A program made the position numbers and the translations under genes. The notes under the pieces were generated by a model, which saw nothing but the letters and a program-made list of their open reading frames with translations, was not told the DNA's origin and did not search any database. Shown in pieces: positions 56,901-64,000 of a stretch of DNA of 64,000 nucleotides. Numbering within the stretch: position 1 is the stretch's first letter; the number at the start of each line of letters is the position of its first letter. Source of the stretch: Candidatus Woesebacteria bacterium (GTDB lineage: Bacteria; Patescibacteriota; Microgenomatia; UBA8517); the NCBI GenBank assembly GCA_963716475.1, contig OY970314.1:787865-851864 (forward strand). Direction: 5' to 3'.

Positions 56901-59900
56901 TGGTACTGTGTATTTGCGACGTCTGCGGCTGTTTTTGCAGCAGAAGCAAACTTCACCCTTTCTTCTGTGTCAGGAATGATGTTCTTAAGACCGGGATCGC
57001 GTGCGTCTGCTACAGCACTAAAATAAGCAACGGGATTAATGGGTGAGGCAATCTCTTTGGGAAGATCTTCTACGGTATTTATATTCTTACCTGCATCAAC
57101 CATACGCAAGGTGAAGTCTTGCGCTGTTTTTCCAATTACGGCCGGGGTTATAGATGCCTGTAGTGGTGGGTTTTTGGCAACAGCCGAACTGATATTTTCC
57201 TCAACGATTTTTTCGAAGGCGGGAGGGTCGTTTTTGGCGGCCTTCACAACATTAAAGAAGGCCGTTCGATCCTTGTTGCTTTGGAGAGGAATTGTTACTG
57301 TTTCAGTAGCAGGCTCAATTCTTATTTCCTTGACCGCAGTTGATGTTGTTTTTGGGGGGGTGGCAACCGCGACGGTTCCTCCGAAAAGCTCTTCCGGGAG
57401 AGAAACCTTTTCCTTGTTTATTGGGGATGGTTGGGAGGTGGTCTGGGAAGCTCCGAATTCGTCTGAAACAGGCATTTCTGATACGGAAAAAGGTGTTTCG
57501 GGAGCAGTGGTTTGTAGTATTGTGGCATGGGCGACGGGTGTTTCAGTTGTGGACAGCTCCGGCGCCAAGTTCTTTGCTTGAGTTAGGGGTTCTTCAATGG
57601 GGGCATTTTTAACACCAAAAAACGCCCTTATTCGGTCATTAATTTTTAGTTTGGTTGACGGAACCGTCGGAGTGGTGGAGACATTGATCTGAGAAACACT
57701 GGTGGGAGTTCCTACTTCGGGGGAATGCTCAGCCTCGTTAACGGGTAGCTGGGAATATGATGGTGGAAAGCCCGTTTCTTCGGTGGTAGGTAAGGGTTTG
57801 GGATTTGAAGCGGCATTCTTGTTTACAGGTATCAGGGCCGGGATTGGGGTAACAACAGGCTCCTCTGAAATGGGTGATGGTGTTTCGGAAGTGGGGGTGG
57901 TCTCCGAAGGAGTTTGACTTACTGTCGCCTGAGCAAATTGAACAGGAGGAGCAAAAACGGTCGGTGGAAACGGCGTCTGACTTGGCTCTGGAATTTGAGG
58001 AGTTTTCCCCAAGCCTTTAACAACACTATCCGTGGGCTTAACCTCTTGTGTTTGTACTACCACTGTTGGAATCACCGGTGGTATAAGCGTTACGGATGGT
58101 TCTTCGAAAACCGGTTGTGGGGACTCTTCCGTCACGGGAACGAAAGGCGGGTTCTCCGTTATTGTGGGTTGTGGTGTGCCTGGTGTAACCTGTGTTAGGT
58201 AAGGCGGTGGCGTGTATGTTACGGGTTGTGTTATGCCGGCTGCGCCTACCGAACCGGGTACACTTGTTGTTTCTTCATACGGTATCGGAGGGGTGGTATA
58301 TATCGCGGTTTCCTCTTCCGGGATCGGTTGTAACGGTTGTGGGGATTCCTCCTCTGTCCTTGCAATATGTCCAACGGCCTTTTCTCGTGAGGGCTCCCTG
58401 GTGCTGGATTCCTCTTTGGCTAGACCTTCGTTTTCCACCGGTGCCGGTTTTTTCTCAGGAGCTTTTTCAAATGTTTTTCTGATCCCTTCAAAGAAATTTT
58501 TCGGTGGGGCCTCGTCTGTAGTTTGTCTTGATTCGCCAGGTGTCCCTTTGGCCTTAGGAATTGTTCCATATACCATGGGTTGTTCTTCAGGAACGGGTTG
58601 TGATGCAGCGGATGTACCCAGAATTGACACATCTTGGGTTGGTTGAGTGGGCCGGTTAGACTGAATTGGCTGAATAGTCGGAATATACGCTACGGGTTTT
58701 TCCTCCTGGATTGGTTGCACCCCCTCTTCTCCTGCCGCCTCCTCCGTCTTTTTTGGTTTAGCTACTTTTATGGGTTGAGAGGTGTTTGGAGTATTTTGTG
58801 TGTTTGACGGTTGTTGATACCATGCCGATTGAACCTGTTGAGTGGGTTGAATCGGAATGTTTGCTGTACCCGGATTTTTTTGTATCTCTTCCGGCGCTCC
58901 CTGCGGAACAGACTGAGCCGGGTTATCGTTCTCTTTGGGAGCGGCCTTCCCGATAATGGCCGCTTGAAACGTTTTTGTTAGATTTTGAAAAGCCTGTTGG
59001 GGTGAAAACCTTCCCTTTGGTTTTGGTACACTTGGTAATTTTGACTCACCTGTTGCCTGCGTGAATGTTTGTGGCTGTTTTTCAAAAACATCCTGTGCAA
59101 GGAACGGCTCCCTGCTCAATTCGGGAGATTCTTGGATCTCCTCTTCTGTCGCTTGCGCTTCTTCTTGCCGGATTTTTTTCTGAAGATCGGCCTTACCGGT
59201 AAGCTCCTCCTGTCTACGGATTGCTGTTTTAATAGCATTTCCCAAAGCGTCGGATACTGTTTGTGTAGAGAATAGCTTTTTTGATTCCGACTTACTTGGG
59301 TTTACTGGTGAACGCATATCTTGCCTGTTTATTTCCGGTTGTTTTAATATGACACCGGGTGTCACAACGACCTCTGATGGGTGTGCGGACGGAATATGTT
59401 GTTTGAATTCTGGAGGTTTTAAAATAGCCTTTGCCTTTTGTACCTGCGGGGTCGCTTGCGGGGTAGGTTGTTTAACGGTCGTTTCCTTACCTTTTTCTGG
59501 AGCATTCTCGGCAGCTTTGACTTTTGAAGCTTCCGCCAGTGCCTGTTTTTTTTCTATTGAAGCCTGAACCTTTGCTTGGGCTTGCAGTTTTGTTTGTTTT
59601 ATCTTGCCTGTTCTTAAATTTTCCTCCGCCTGTAGTTGTGCCAGTTGATCCGGAGTTAAGGTGGTTGGGTGTACGGGGTATTCCGGCGCGCTTGTAACTG
59701 TCCGATATAAGATATTACTGGCAGACCTGATGTCGCTTGTTTTGGTTAGGTCTGTTATATAAACAAAGAAATCTTTATTGCTTGGCCAGTGGTATTTCCC
59801 GTCGATTGTCGTGAAAGATTCGTCGAGGCTCCTGTTTTCTCCTTCACCGAACAAATCGGACTTGAAAACTTGTTCGGTTCCATGAATAAGACCTTGAAGA

Positions 59901-59953
59901 TCCTGCCTGGTACATTGATCAAGAGTTTTGGGTGGAGCCAAATATTTCGCCAT
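53915..59953 (-). CDS. Giant (2012 aa) multidomain envelope protein. It has an N-terminal globular region, a roughly 1000-aa Pro/Thr/Gln/Glu-rich low-complexity region, a central folded region, a Gly/Ala-rich multi-TM block and a C-terminal M23 (LytM-type) peptidoglycan peptidase domain.
   Basis: The C-terminal about 130 aa read AIDIGVNGATIIAMHSGTIS...GGRWVRVASSCGGSSFSSYYGHLGSVMVGNGQRVTIGQPLGISDNTGSCTSGPHLHFQF, giving the HxxxD and HxH motifs. The TM cluster spans about aa 1530-1760 (nt ~54670..55370), and low complexity spans about aa 150-1150. It has no signal peptide and lies 24 nt downstream of the VirB4-like fragments. Confidence 0.7.
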   Translation of the reverse strand: MAKYLAPPKTLDQCTRQDLQGLIHGTEQVFKSDLFGEGENRSLDESFTTIDGKYHWPSNKDFFVYITDLTKTSDIRSASNILYRTVTSAPEYPVHPTTLTPDQLAQLQAEENLRTGKIKQTKLQAQAKVQASIEKKQALAEASKVKAAENAPEKGKETTVKQPTPQATPQVQKAKAILKPPEFKQHIPSAHPSEVVVTPGVILKQPEINRQDMRSPVNPSKSESKKLFSTQTVSDALGNAIKTAIRRQEELTGKADLQKKIRQEEAQATEEEIQESPELSREPFLAQDVFEKQPQTFTQATGESKLPSVPKPKGRFSPQQAFQNLTKTFQAAIIGKAAPKENDNPAQSVPQGAPEEIQKNPGTANIPIQPTQQVQSAWYQQPSNTQNTPNTSQPIKVAKPKKTEEAAGEEGVQPIQEEKPVAYIPTIQPIQSNRPTQPTQDVSILGTSAASQPVPEEQPMVYGTIPKAKGTPGESRQTTDEAPPKNFFEGIRKTFEKAPEKKPAPVENEGLAKEESSTREPSREKAVGHIARTEEESPQPLQPIPEEETAIYTTPPIPYEETTSVPGSVGAAGITQPVTYTPPPYLTQVTPGTPQPTITENPPFVPVTEESPQPVFEEPSVTLIPPVIPTVVVQTQEVKPTDSVVKGLGKTPQIPEPSQTPFPPTVFAPPVQFAQATVSQTPSETTPTSETPSPISEEPVVTPIPALIPVNKNAASNPKPLPTTEETGFPPSYSQLPVNEAEHSPEVGTPTSVSQINVSTTPTVPSTKLKINDRIRAFFGVKNAPIEEPLTQAKNLAPELSTTETPVAHATILQTTAPETPFSVSEMPVSDEFGASQTTSQPSPINKEKVSLPEELFGGTVAVATPPKTTSTAVKEIRIEPATETVTIPLQSNKDRTAFFNVVKAAKNDPPAFEKIVEENISSAVAKNPPLQASITPAVIGKTAQDFTLRMVDAGKNINTVEDLPKEIASPINPVAYFSAVADARDPGLKNIIPDTEERVKFASAAKTAADVANTQYQTNTALLKTFLPENVVVAAYGPEEATQFKIAENQENQSLPAINISDVHSFGNSVTTITSQVEIGQIEPPSVLPKMSMPANYPGKMSESAKQTSVLLDKVVLPEVKPVVLNVEPSAVAVAVAAPTLTPYVSLSGQPIETSPTSESITSVPLLFTRQAGPTAELPEEKMVIPEQPTISEGAKEKLEEAISRQKDIQEPLTGKKIYARVEISKEAPPPSESTIKFIEEAKNYPASFEKDLAESIKAKITPELSKKLTPEQIDFIVKKTAFDTVSAINNFPAQSSANTQSAILGALAEDSKILPKLVAETNTAELLKKASADLGHFKNSAQLSKNILSSIDENLAVSVFGTGPENLKVSFLGQPNEGYTHEIDLGQLNEGYTNLLESQSDVLDNIGSFASDKAKSLLTGRARDFLDSKIANLPADSAISKFYNSELGQQVLSSAGFSKTTPIGESPLGGLIQKIPGGSNFLEGLGDVLGIDLIGAAAPAEIAEASLLVTEGTALVEEAAVVEGGTLLAEGATGIVAAEGLATGIETEAVTKLLTPVVGKAAASAATKAAVSVVGKGTMVALNTALQTLGSWIPIIGNAIALALGWVVGKIIEKINWKKVKENGMAIGSAIIGAPMLVGGLVIGSTGLILGGITVVGVGVASTAGVTMAGVGSGIAVFFRAVGRTFLTAAVMPILIALLVIPVLVALILFIINSGAYVVPPSTPTGYLAALSNPYISVEKTANPAGPFNNSDIPTKTKITYTITVSAKKGVLTNVSFKDECKVIKTGTPPSCPSPSQGTPAAPVSISPTKPFSFTYTRSFTSHNYDNSATVNTFTVTADTTDQKGVVSAGSASIIIGAPPMECPNNAWPLANDAGINLITQGSMTPLGWTHYNTPNAIDIGVNGATIIAMHSGTISTGESACGGRWVRVASSCGGSSFSSYYGHLGSVMVGNGQRVTIGQPLGISDNTGSCTSGPHLHFQFFDTGPIPTTQKPYLKRNVPLGCTSTATCN

Positions 59954-59977
59954 TTTATTTAACCTGATGTTGCGGGT

Positions 59978-60634
59978 CTATTTCGTCTCATAAGGGTTTG
60001 TGTTTACCTTGGCAACTTCCTCGGGCTTTGTGGTAATTAATTTATTTTCTTCTTCGGAAGCAACGACCCTGATTGGTGCATGGTGTGGCCCTGCAAAAAA
60101 TATTCCCTCCCCGACATTTGCCGCCAGAAGTAATTGTTTTTCTCCTTGCGAAAGATAAAACACTTCCCCGATTTTATCTATCGCCGCAGGACTCTGTTTA
60201 AGAAGAACCTGCATGGAGCTATTTGTGACAATGGCCTTACCGATATCCTGACCCAAAAAGTCTTCAACATCCTGTGTAATTGTTGTGAGGCCAAGATAGT
60301 ATTTTCTTGCCCTTTTAACAACACTCCATAAAAATTGGGCACTATCCGGGTACTTCATCATTTGCCAGGCCTCCTCGGCGACTAGGATGCGTTTCTTGAG
60401 GTCTTTTTTGACTCTTGTCCAAATAAAATCAAGAATGATAAACATGGCGATCGGGCGAAGAGCGTCCTGCATATCCTTGACTGAAAAAACGGTGAACGGA
60501 TTATTGATGTTGATATTTGTTTGCTTGTCAAAGATTCCGACGAAAGAACCTCTCACGAATTTTTCAATTCTGGCAGCAAGGTCGAGTGCTTCCGGCATTT
60601 CCATTCCGATTAGGGTTTTATATAAATCTTCCAT
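59978..60634 (-). CDS. C-terminal fragment of a VirB4/TrbE/CagE-family T4SS ATPase (Walker-B region to C-terminus).
   Basis: ...RILVAEEAWQMM...GEGIFFAGPHHAPIRVVASEEENKLI. It overlaps the preceding fragment by 17 nt in another frame. Confidence 0.5.
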   Translation of the reverse strand: MEDLYKTLIGMEMPEALDLAARIEKFVRGSFVGIFDKQTNININNPFTVFSVKDMQDALRPIAMFIILDFIWTRVKKDLKKRILVAEEAWQMMKYPDSAQFLWSVVKRARKYYLGLTTITQDVEDFLGQDIGKAIVTNSSMQVLLKQSPAAIDKIGEVFYLSQGEKQLLLAANVGEGIFFAGPHHAPIRVVASEEENKLITTKPEEVAKVNTNPYETK

Positions 60635-61802
60635 GAGAGGAGGCTCCCTTCCCTTGAGTGTCCGGATCTGTGGTTATTCCTTTGTTTCTGTAGGTTATAA
60701 CCAGGGCTCTGTCGAGAATAGCTTCCTGGATTGGAGTGATTTTGCCCATGATTACTTTTAAAAGAGAGTGCAGCGACAGAATTTTCTGGCCCAGCTGGTT
60801 TTCTCCTTCTTCCCTGATTTGAGCCAGATCAAAGGGATTTATTTTTGCCGGAGCATTGTAAGAGAAAGAAATATATTCTCCGCCGACAGCGGCAGTTAGA
60901 GGTTTATATTCACTTTCGGGGTCAATGACGATAACCTCCGTGCCGATCATGAGTGATCTTAAGGCCTCAAGTTTTACGAAATAAGATTTTCCGGCCCCGG
61001 ATGTCGCAAAGATCGTCATGTTTGCATTTTCAAGGCTAAATCGGTCAAAAATAATAAATGATTCATTTTGGGAATTTATACCGTACAAAACCCCGCGGTC
61101 GCTTGAAAGTTCTGTTGACGTTAGAGGAAAGGTTGTAGCAACTGAAGTTGTATCCATATTCCTTGTGACGTTTAGCCTGTCCATTCCAAACGGGGCAGTG
61201 GAAAGGAACCCGCTTTCCATGTCGAGAAGCGCGTGTTTGCTGACGATAAGGAGTGACCCAAGCTGAGACTCTACCTGTTTGGTTATGTGATTAAGCTCTT
61301 CTACCGAATTGGCGGGAATTGTAATGTAAAAACTGAATTCGAAAAATCTTTCAATTCCTTTAACGAGCTGTTCCTGGATGGCTAGGGCATCTTCGAGTTT
61401 GGCCTGGGTTACCGGGTCAACTATTTTACCGCGTTCAATGTCTGTGGACATTTCGGCTTCCATTTCCGCGATTTTTCGTCTAAGGTCGTCGAGGACGCTT
61501 TTCCCGTCAACGGGATATATATAAAAAGAAATATCGAGTGACGTATCGATATTAACTACCGGCTCAAGCCACCCGGGAGTGACGAATCTAGGGTAACCAC
61601 CCACAAAAATCGTGCGGAAATAGATATCGTTAATTTTTATATAATCAAAATCCTCATCAACCGTTTGTGGGGCAATCGCATCAAGCAAATTCATGCCCTG
61701 AGAAATTGCAAGGTTGGGATCGGTTATTTTAGGTTTAGTTTCGGCAGGGCCAATTGGCGGAACCGCCATTTGCTGCGTTTGTTTATTTGGATCTTGTTTC
61801 AT
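60618..61802 (-). CDS. Central fragment of a VirB4/TrbE/CagE-family T4SS ATPase, including the Walker A motif.
   Basis: ...DFDYIKINDIYFRTIFVGGYPRFVTPGWLEPVV... and P-loop MTIFATSGAGKSYF. It ends ...ITYRNKGITTDPDTQGKGASSHGRFI* after an apparent frame change. Confidence 0.55.
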   Translation of the reverse strand: MKQDPNKQTQQMAVPPIGPAETKPKITDPNLAISQGMNLLDAIAPQTVDEDFDYIKINDIYFRTIFVGGYPRFVTPGWLEPVVNIDTSLDISFYIYPVDGKSVLDDLRRKIAEMEAEMSTDIERGKIVDPVTQAKLEDALAIQEQLVKGIERFFEFSFYITIPANSVEELNHITKQVESQLGSLLIVSKHALLDMESGFLSTAPFGMDRLNVTRNMDTTSVATTFPLTSTELSSDRGVLYGINSQNESFIIFDRFSLENANMTIFATSGAGKSYFVKLEALRSLMIGTEVIVIDPESEYKPLTAAVGGEYISFSYNAPAKINPFDLAQIREEGENQLGQKILSLHSLLKVIMGKITPIQEAILDRALVITYRNKGITTDPDTQGKGASSHGRFI

Positions 61803-61807
61803 AATTT

Positions 61808-62533
61808 TTAATTCTTGTTTTGTTCATGTTCTAACGTAACCTCCGGCTCTTTTTTTACTGCAGGGTGTTCGGGATTATAGATAGAATAGAAAAGAGCAAT
61901 CAGGTCTGCTGTTCCAAGTTGCTTGAATTTTATTCCAAGGCGCCCTGCCTGGCGGATCAGATGGTCGCGTCTTGGATAAAGAGCAATTTTTGCCTTTTTG
62001 ACAACATAGGACTCGGCGAAAGGAAGCGGTCCCGCCCGTTTTGTTATGCTGGCGACAGAGTTTCCTACCCCCAGCTCCAGCGGCGAAAAGTAGAGTACTA
62101 CAAAAAATCTTTTTCCAAGAACATTCTTCTTTTTAACCGAATCGACAACGAAGTTTTTATAATTTTGCATGAGTTTAATAAGTATCGGTCGCGTAAGTTT
62201 TTTTGCCTCTTCATCCAGAAAGCTTAGGTATGAAGACACATCCTTTCTTTGCGTAAGGACTATCAACTGGATAGCAAAGGTCAGGGAATTGATCATTGCG
62301 GCGTAAGCCGCAATAACCGCGACCTGTTCCCTTTCGGACAGAAGGCCGAAGTTTAAGGATGTAGATTCCATGACAAGAGCCGCTCCGCCATCCTTATAGA
62401 CAACGACGTCGTTTGTGATGTCGGCAATAGGAAGATGTTCCTGAGTGGTTGCGATAAGGGGTTTATCGGGAGTTGATAGAATAGGTATTTTGGGAAAATT
62501 TTTCATCGTAAATTGATTATTGATAATTGGCAC
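61808..62533 (-). CDS. N-terminal-domain-like fragment of VirB4 (CagE_TrbE_VirB N-terminal pattern), or a separate small subunit.
   Basis: EHLPIADITNDVVVYKDGGAALVMESTSLNFGLLSEREQ... matches the VirB4 N-terminal pattern (IPY..hV.d.ii.tkdGsl..v..l.G..FE..s.ee). Its stop lies 5 nt before the next ATG, out of frame. Confidence 0.4.
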   Translation of the reverse strand: MPIINNQFTMKNFPKIPILSTPDKPLIATTQEHLPIADITNDVVVYKDGGAALVMESTSLNFGLLSEREQVAVIAAYAAMINSLTFAIQLIVLTQRKDVSSYLSFLDEEAKKLTRPILIKLMQNYKNFVVDSVKKKNVLGKRFFVVLYFSPLELGVGNSVASITKRAGPLPFAESYVVKKAKIALYPRRDHLIRQAGRLGIKFKQLGTADLIALFYSIYNPEHPAVKKEPEVTLEHEQNKN

Positions 62534-63611
62534 TAAAACCGGGATCTACTGATTGAACAATTGGTTGTGGCATGCCCCCTTGATCAAAAGTAACAGAGTC
62601 CTGTATCTTTCGGCCCTCGACAAGTATGGGAGGGATTAAAGTTCCTGCCGCATCAAAACTTATGGGTGCAAATTGATAGCCGTCTTTTTCGGTTGCTATT
62701 TGGTATCTGCCGCTGTCAAGTGGAGTAACAGTAATGAAATGTCCGACCTTGTTGCTTCTCAGGGCCCGCACGGGACGCCCCATCTCATTCCTGATTTCCA
62801 TGATGGCCCCCTCGATGATCTTTCTGTTTTCATCAACCACCTGTCCGACCACAACATTAGGAGTTTCGGGAGGATTGGGGGGAGCTGCATCAACCGAGAA
62901 AATAGCCTGTTTGGTCGAAACAATTTCATCGCCGGCGACGATCGGCGCAACGTTATGAGAGGTTGCGTTGACGGATGGAGCCATTTTTGTTTTTTCCTCT
63001 ACTACCAGACGGGGTGTGTTCTGCGGCACTATTTTCATCGGAATAGAAACGGGAACACTTAAAACACTTTTTGCTTCGGTAGGGGTAGGTGCGGGAGCAG
63101 CAGGCGCGGGAGCAGGAGTTTGAGTTTTCATCCCGGCGAAAATTCCGCTAAGAGCCGCTAAAAATCCCTGCTCGGCCAGCTCAAACCTGGAGAACGGGCT
63201 AGTATTTTGTTTTGGGGTGGTAAGGTAAACCTTAAGTGCGGCTTCCTGGGTGGTGGTGCCGGATACGGTGGGAGTTTCTACAGCTTCGTCTTGGAAAAAC
63301 TTGACGGGAGAAGTGGTTTGTTTCCAAAAAAATTCTGTGGGTGAATAAATTACCTTGAAGAAAGCAAAAATCCAACGTTCAAGCGGCCTCTCCTCCAAAG
63401 GGACAAAGGCCATACCGGCGCCAAGAAGAGCAGAAAGAATCGCCAGAGGCCATTTAATAATGCCGATAAGAGGAAGGGAGTAGATAATAAATGCGATGAC
63501 TAAACCGCCGGCCAACTCAAAGAACTGCTTAAGAGTCATGTCTCCCACCAACCGGAATTGGTAGGATGATATATTTTGCGGGATTGCGTGTTGTTCCATG
63601 CTCTTCGGCAA
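62517..63611 (-). CDS. VirB3/PrgI-like two-TM protein with a Pro/Ala-rich linker and a C-terminal extracytoplasmic domain.
   Basis: The N-terminal 100 aa LKQFFELAGGLVIAFIIYSLPLIGIIKWPLAILSALLGAGMAFVPL form a helical hairpin in the position usually held by VirB3/PrgI just upstream of VirB4. A TQTPAPAPAAPAPTPTEAKS linker is followed by about 180 aa more. Confidence 0.35.
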   Translation of the reverse strand: MPKSMEQHAIPQNISSYQFRLVGDMTLKQFFELAGGLVIAFIIYSLPLIGIIKWPLAILSALLGAGMAFVPLEERPLERWIFAFFKVIYSPTEFFWKQTTSPVKFFQDEAVETPTVSGTTTQEAALKVYLTTPKQNTSPFSRFELAEQGFLAALSGIFAGMKTQTPAPAPAAPAPTPTEAKSVLSVPVSIPMKIVPQNTPRLVVEEKTKMAPSVNATSHNVAPIVAGDEIVSTKQAIFSVDAAPPNPPETPNVVVGQVVDENRKIIEGAIMEIRNEMGRPVRALRSNKVGHFITVTPLDSGRYQIATEKDGYQFAPISFDAAGTLIPPILVEGRKIQDSVTFDQGGMPQPIVQSVDPGFSANYQ

Positions 63612-63748
63612 GGTAAAAGAGCATCAAAAGCGAAGCTTTTATGCTTTACCCTACTTTTAGAGTACGTCGTGAACGTATTGTTTCAAGCGGTAAGCCTTTT
63701 CACGCACCGTTATTTACCTTTTGCCTGCCTCCGTGCTACAATTTCGGT

Positions 63749-64000
63749 ATGCCCGACAATATGTCTCCGGAACAGTCGTCAGTCGATTTTATGAGAACGT
63801 TGGGCCAACCGGTCAAACTTCCCGGTGCTGAAGAAGCAGCAAAAGCCGCGCAAGAATTTCCTATGCCGGAAGCTACGGGTTTCATACCTGATATAAGAAT
63901 GCAAGTGCAAGAGGAGGAAGAGGATAGAAACCCTCTAAAGGAGAGGTTGGAACATGAGCGTAGATTACAAGAAATGTACAGTGAGACGGGTTCTCTGAGA
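63749..64000 (+). CDS. Partial (3'-truncated) hypothetical protein, divergent from the T4SS-like block.
   Basis: The frame from ATG 63749 stays open to the window end (MPDNMSPEQSSVDFMRTLGQPVKLPGAEEAAKAAQEF...). It is not in the ORF track because no stop falls within the window. Confidence 0.3.
   Translation, partial: MPDNMSPEQSSVDFMRTLGQPVKLPGAEEAAKAAQEFPMPEATGFIPDIRMQVQEEEEDRNPLKERLEHERRLQEMYSETGSLR

Noticed and set aside
54419-59567. Numerous plus-strand ORFs of 60-180 aa inside the 2012-aa giant gene (for example 54846..55190, 57039..57581, 58212..58646)
   Set aside because: They are antisense to the continuous 6 kb minus-strand ORF whose C-terminal M23 domain and TM block are convincing. 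The translations are Gly/Ala/Val/Cys-rich artefacts of the low-complexity sense strand.
1-64000. Alternative genetic code (UGA recoded, as in some candidate phyla)
   Set aside because: Long uninterrupted ORFs for conserved genes (groEL, dnaA, metG, valS) are obtained with the standard code, and TGA terminates the tsaC-tsaE gene at a position consistent with protein homology. There is no sign of in-frame TGA inside conserved domains.
1-64000. Mobile elements (IS, transposase, integrase, prophage)
   Set aside because: No DDE or serine/tyrosine recombinase-like ORF and no terminal inverted repeats were recognised. The only duplication-type signatures are the surface-protein cassette and the tiny duplicated GT2 3' end, neither of which is flanked by recombinase genes in the window.

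Overview
This 64 kb window looks like a compact, low-GC bacterial chromosome segment (standard genetic code) that includes the replication origin. The gene content resembles a reduced genome with a Gram-positive-like envelope, possibly CPR/Patescibacteria-like; that taxonomic call is an inference, not a measurement.

Main blocks:
- 1..4017: three surface-protein genes, including a tandemly duplicated two-gene cassette whose 5' and 3' ends are near-identical but whose central domains are swapped. The proteins carry PT-rich linkers and LPxTG-like C-terminal signals.
- 4083..10714 and 22053..28580: a large envelope-glycan cluster. It holds five GT-C (GT39/83-like) membrane glycosyltransferases, an LCP ligase, two tandem FemAB genes, a processive GT2 synthase, UDP-xylose synthase, a WecA/MraY-family phosphotransferase and a UbiA-family decaprenyl-phosphate phosphoribosyltransferase-like gene.
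- Housekeeping genes: pcrA/uvrD, a UvrD helicase fused to a RecB/Cas4-like Fe-S nuclease, rmuC, metG, a short valS, a TsaC-TsaE fusion next to tsaD, groES-groEL with a CIRCE operator, rplY, tRNA-Cys, RNase HI, and jag-yidC-yidD-rnpA-rpmH divergent from dnaA-dnaN, with DnaA boxes on both flanks.
- 52907..63611: a Gram-positive-style type IV secretion-like module directly downstream of dnaN, on the minus strand. It contains a VirB3/PrgI-like protein, a VirB4/TrbE-like ATPase split over three consecutive ORFs, a 2012-aa giant protein with a C-terminal M23 peptidase domain, and a membrane-anchored accessory protein.

No rRNA, CRISPR array, transposase or integrase was recognised. Every family assignment is from motifs read by eye, since no searches were possible.
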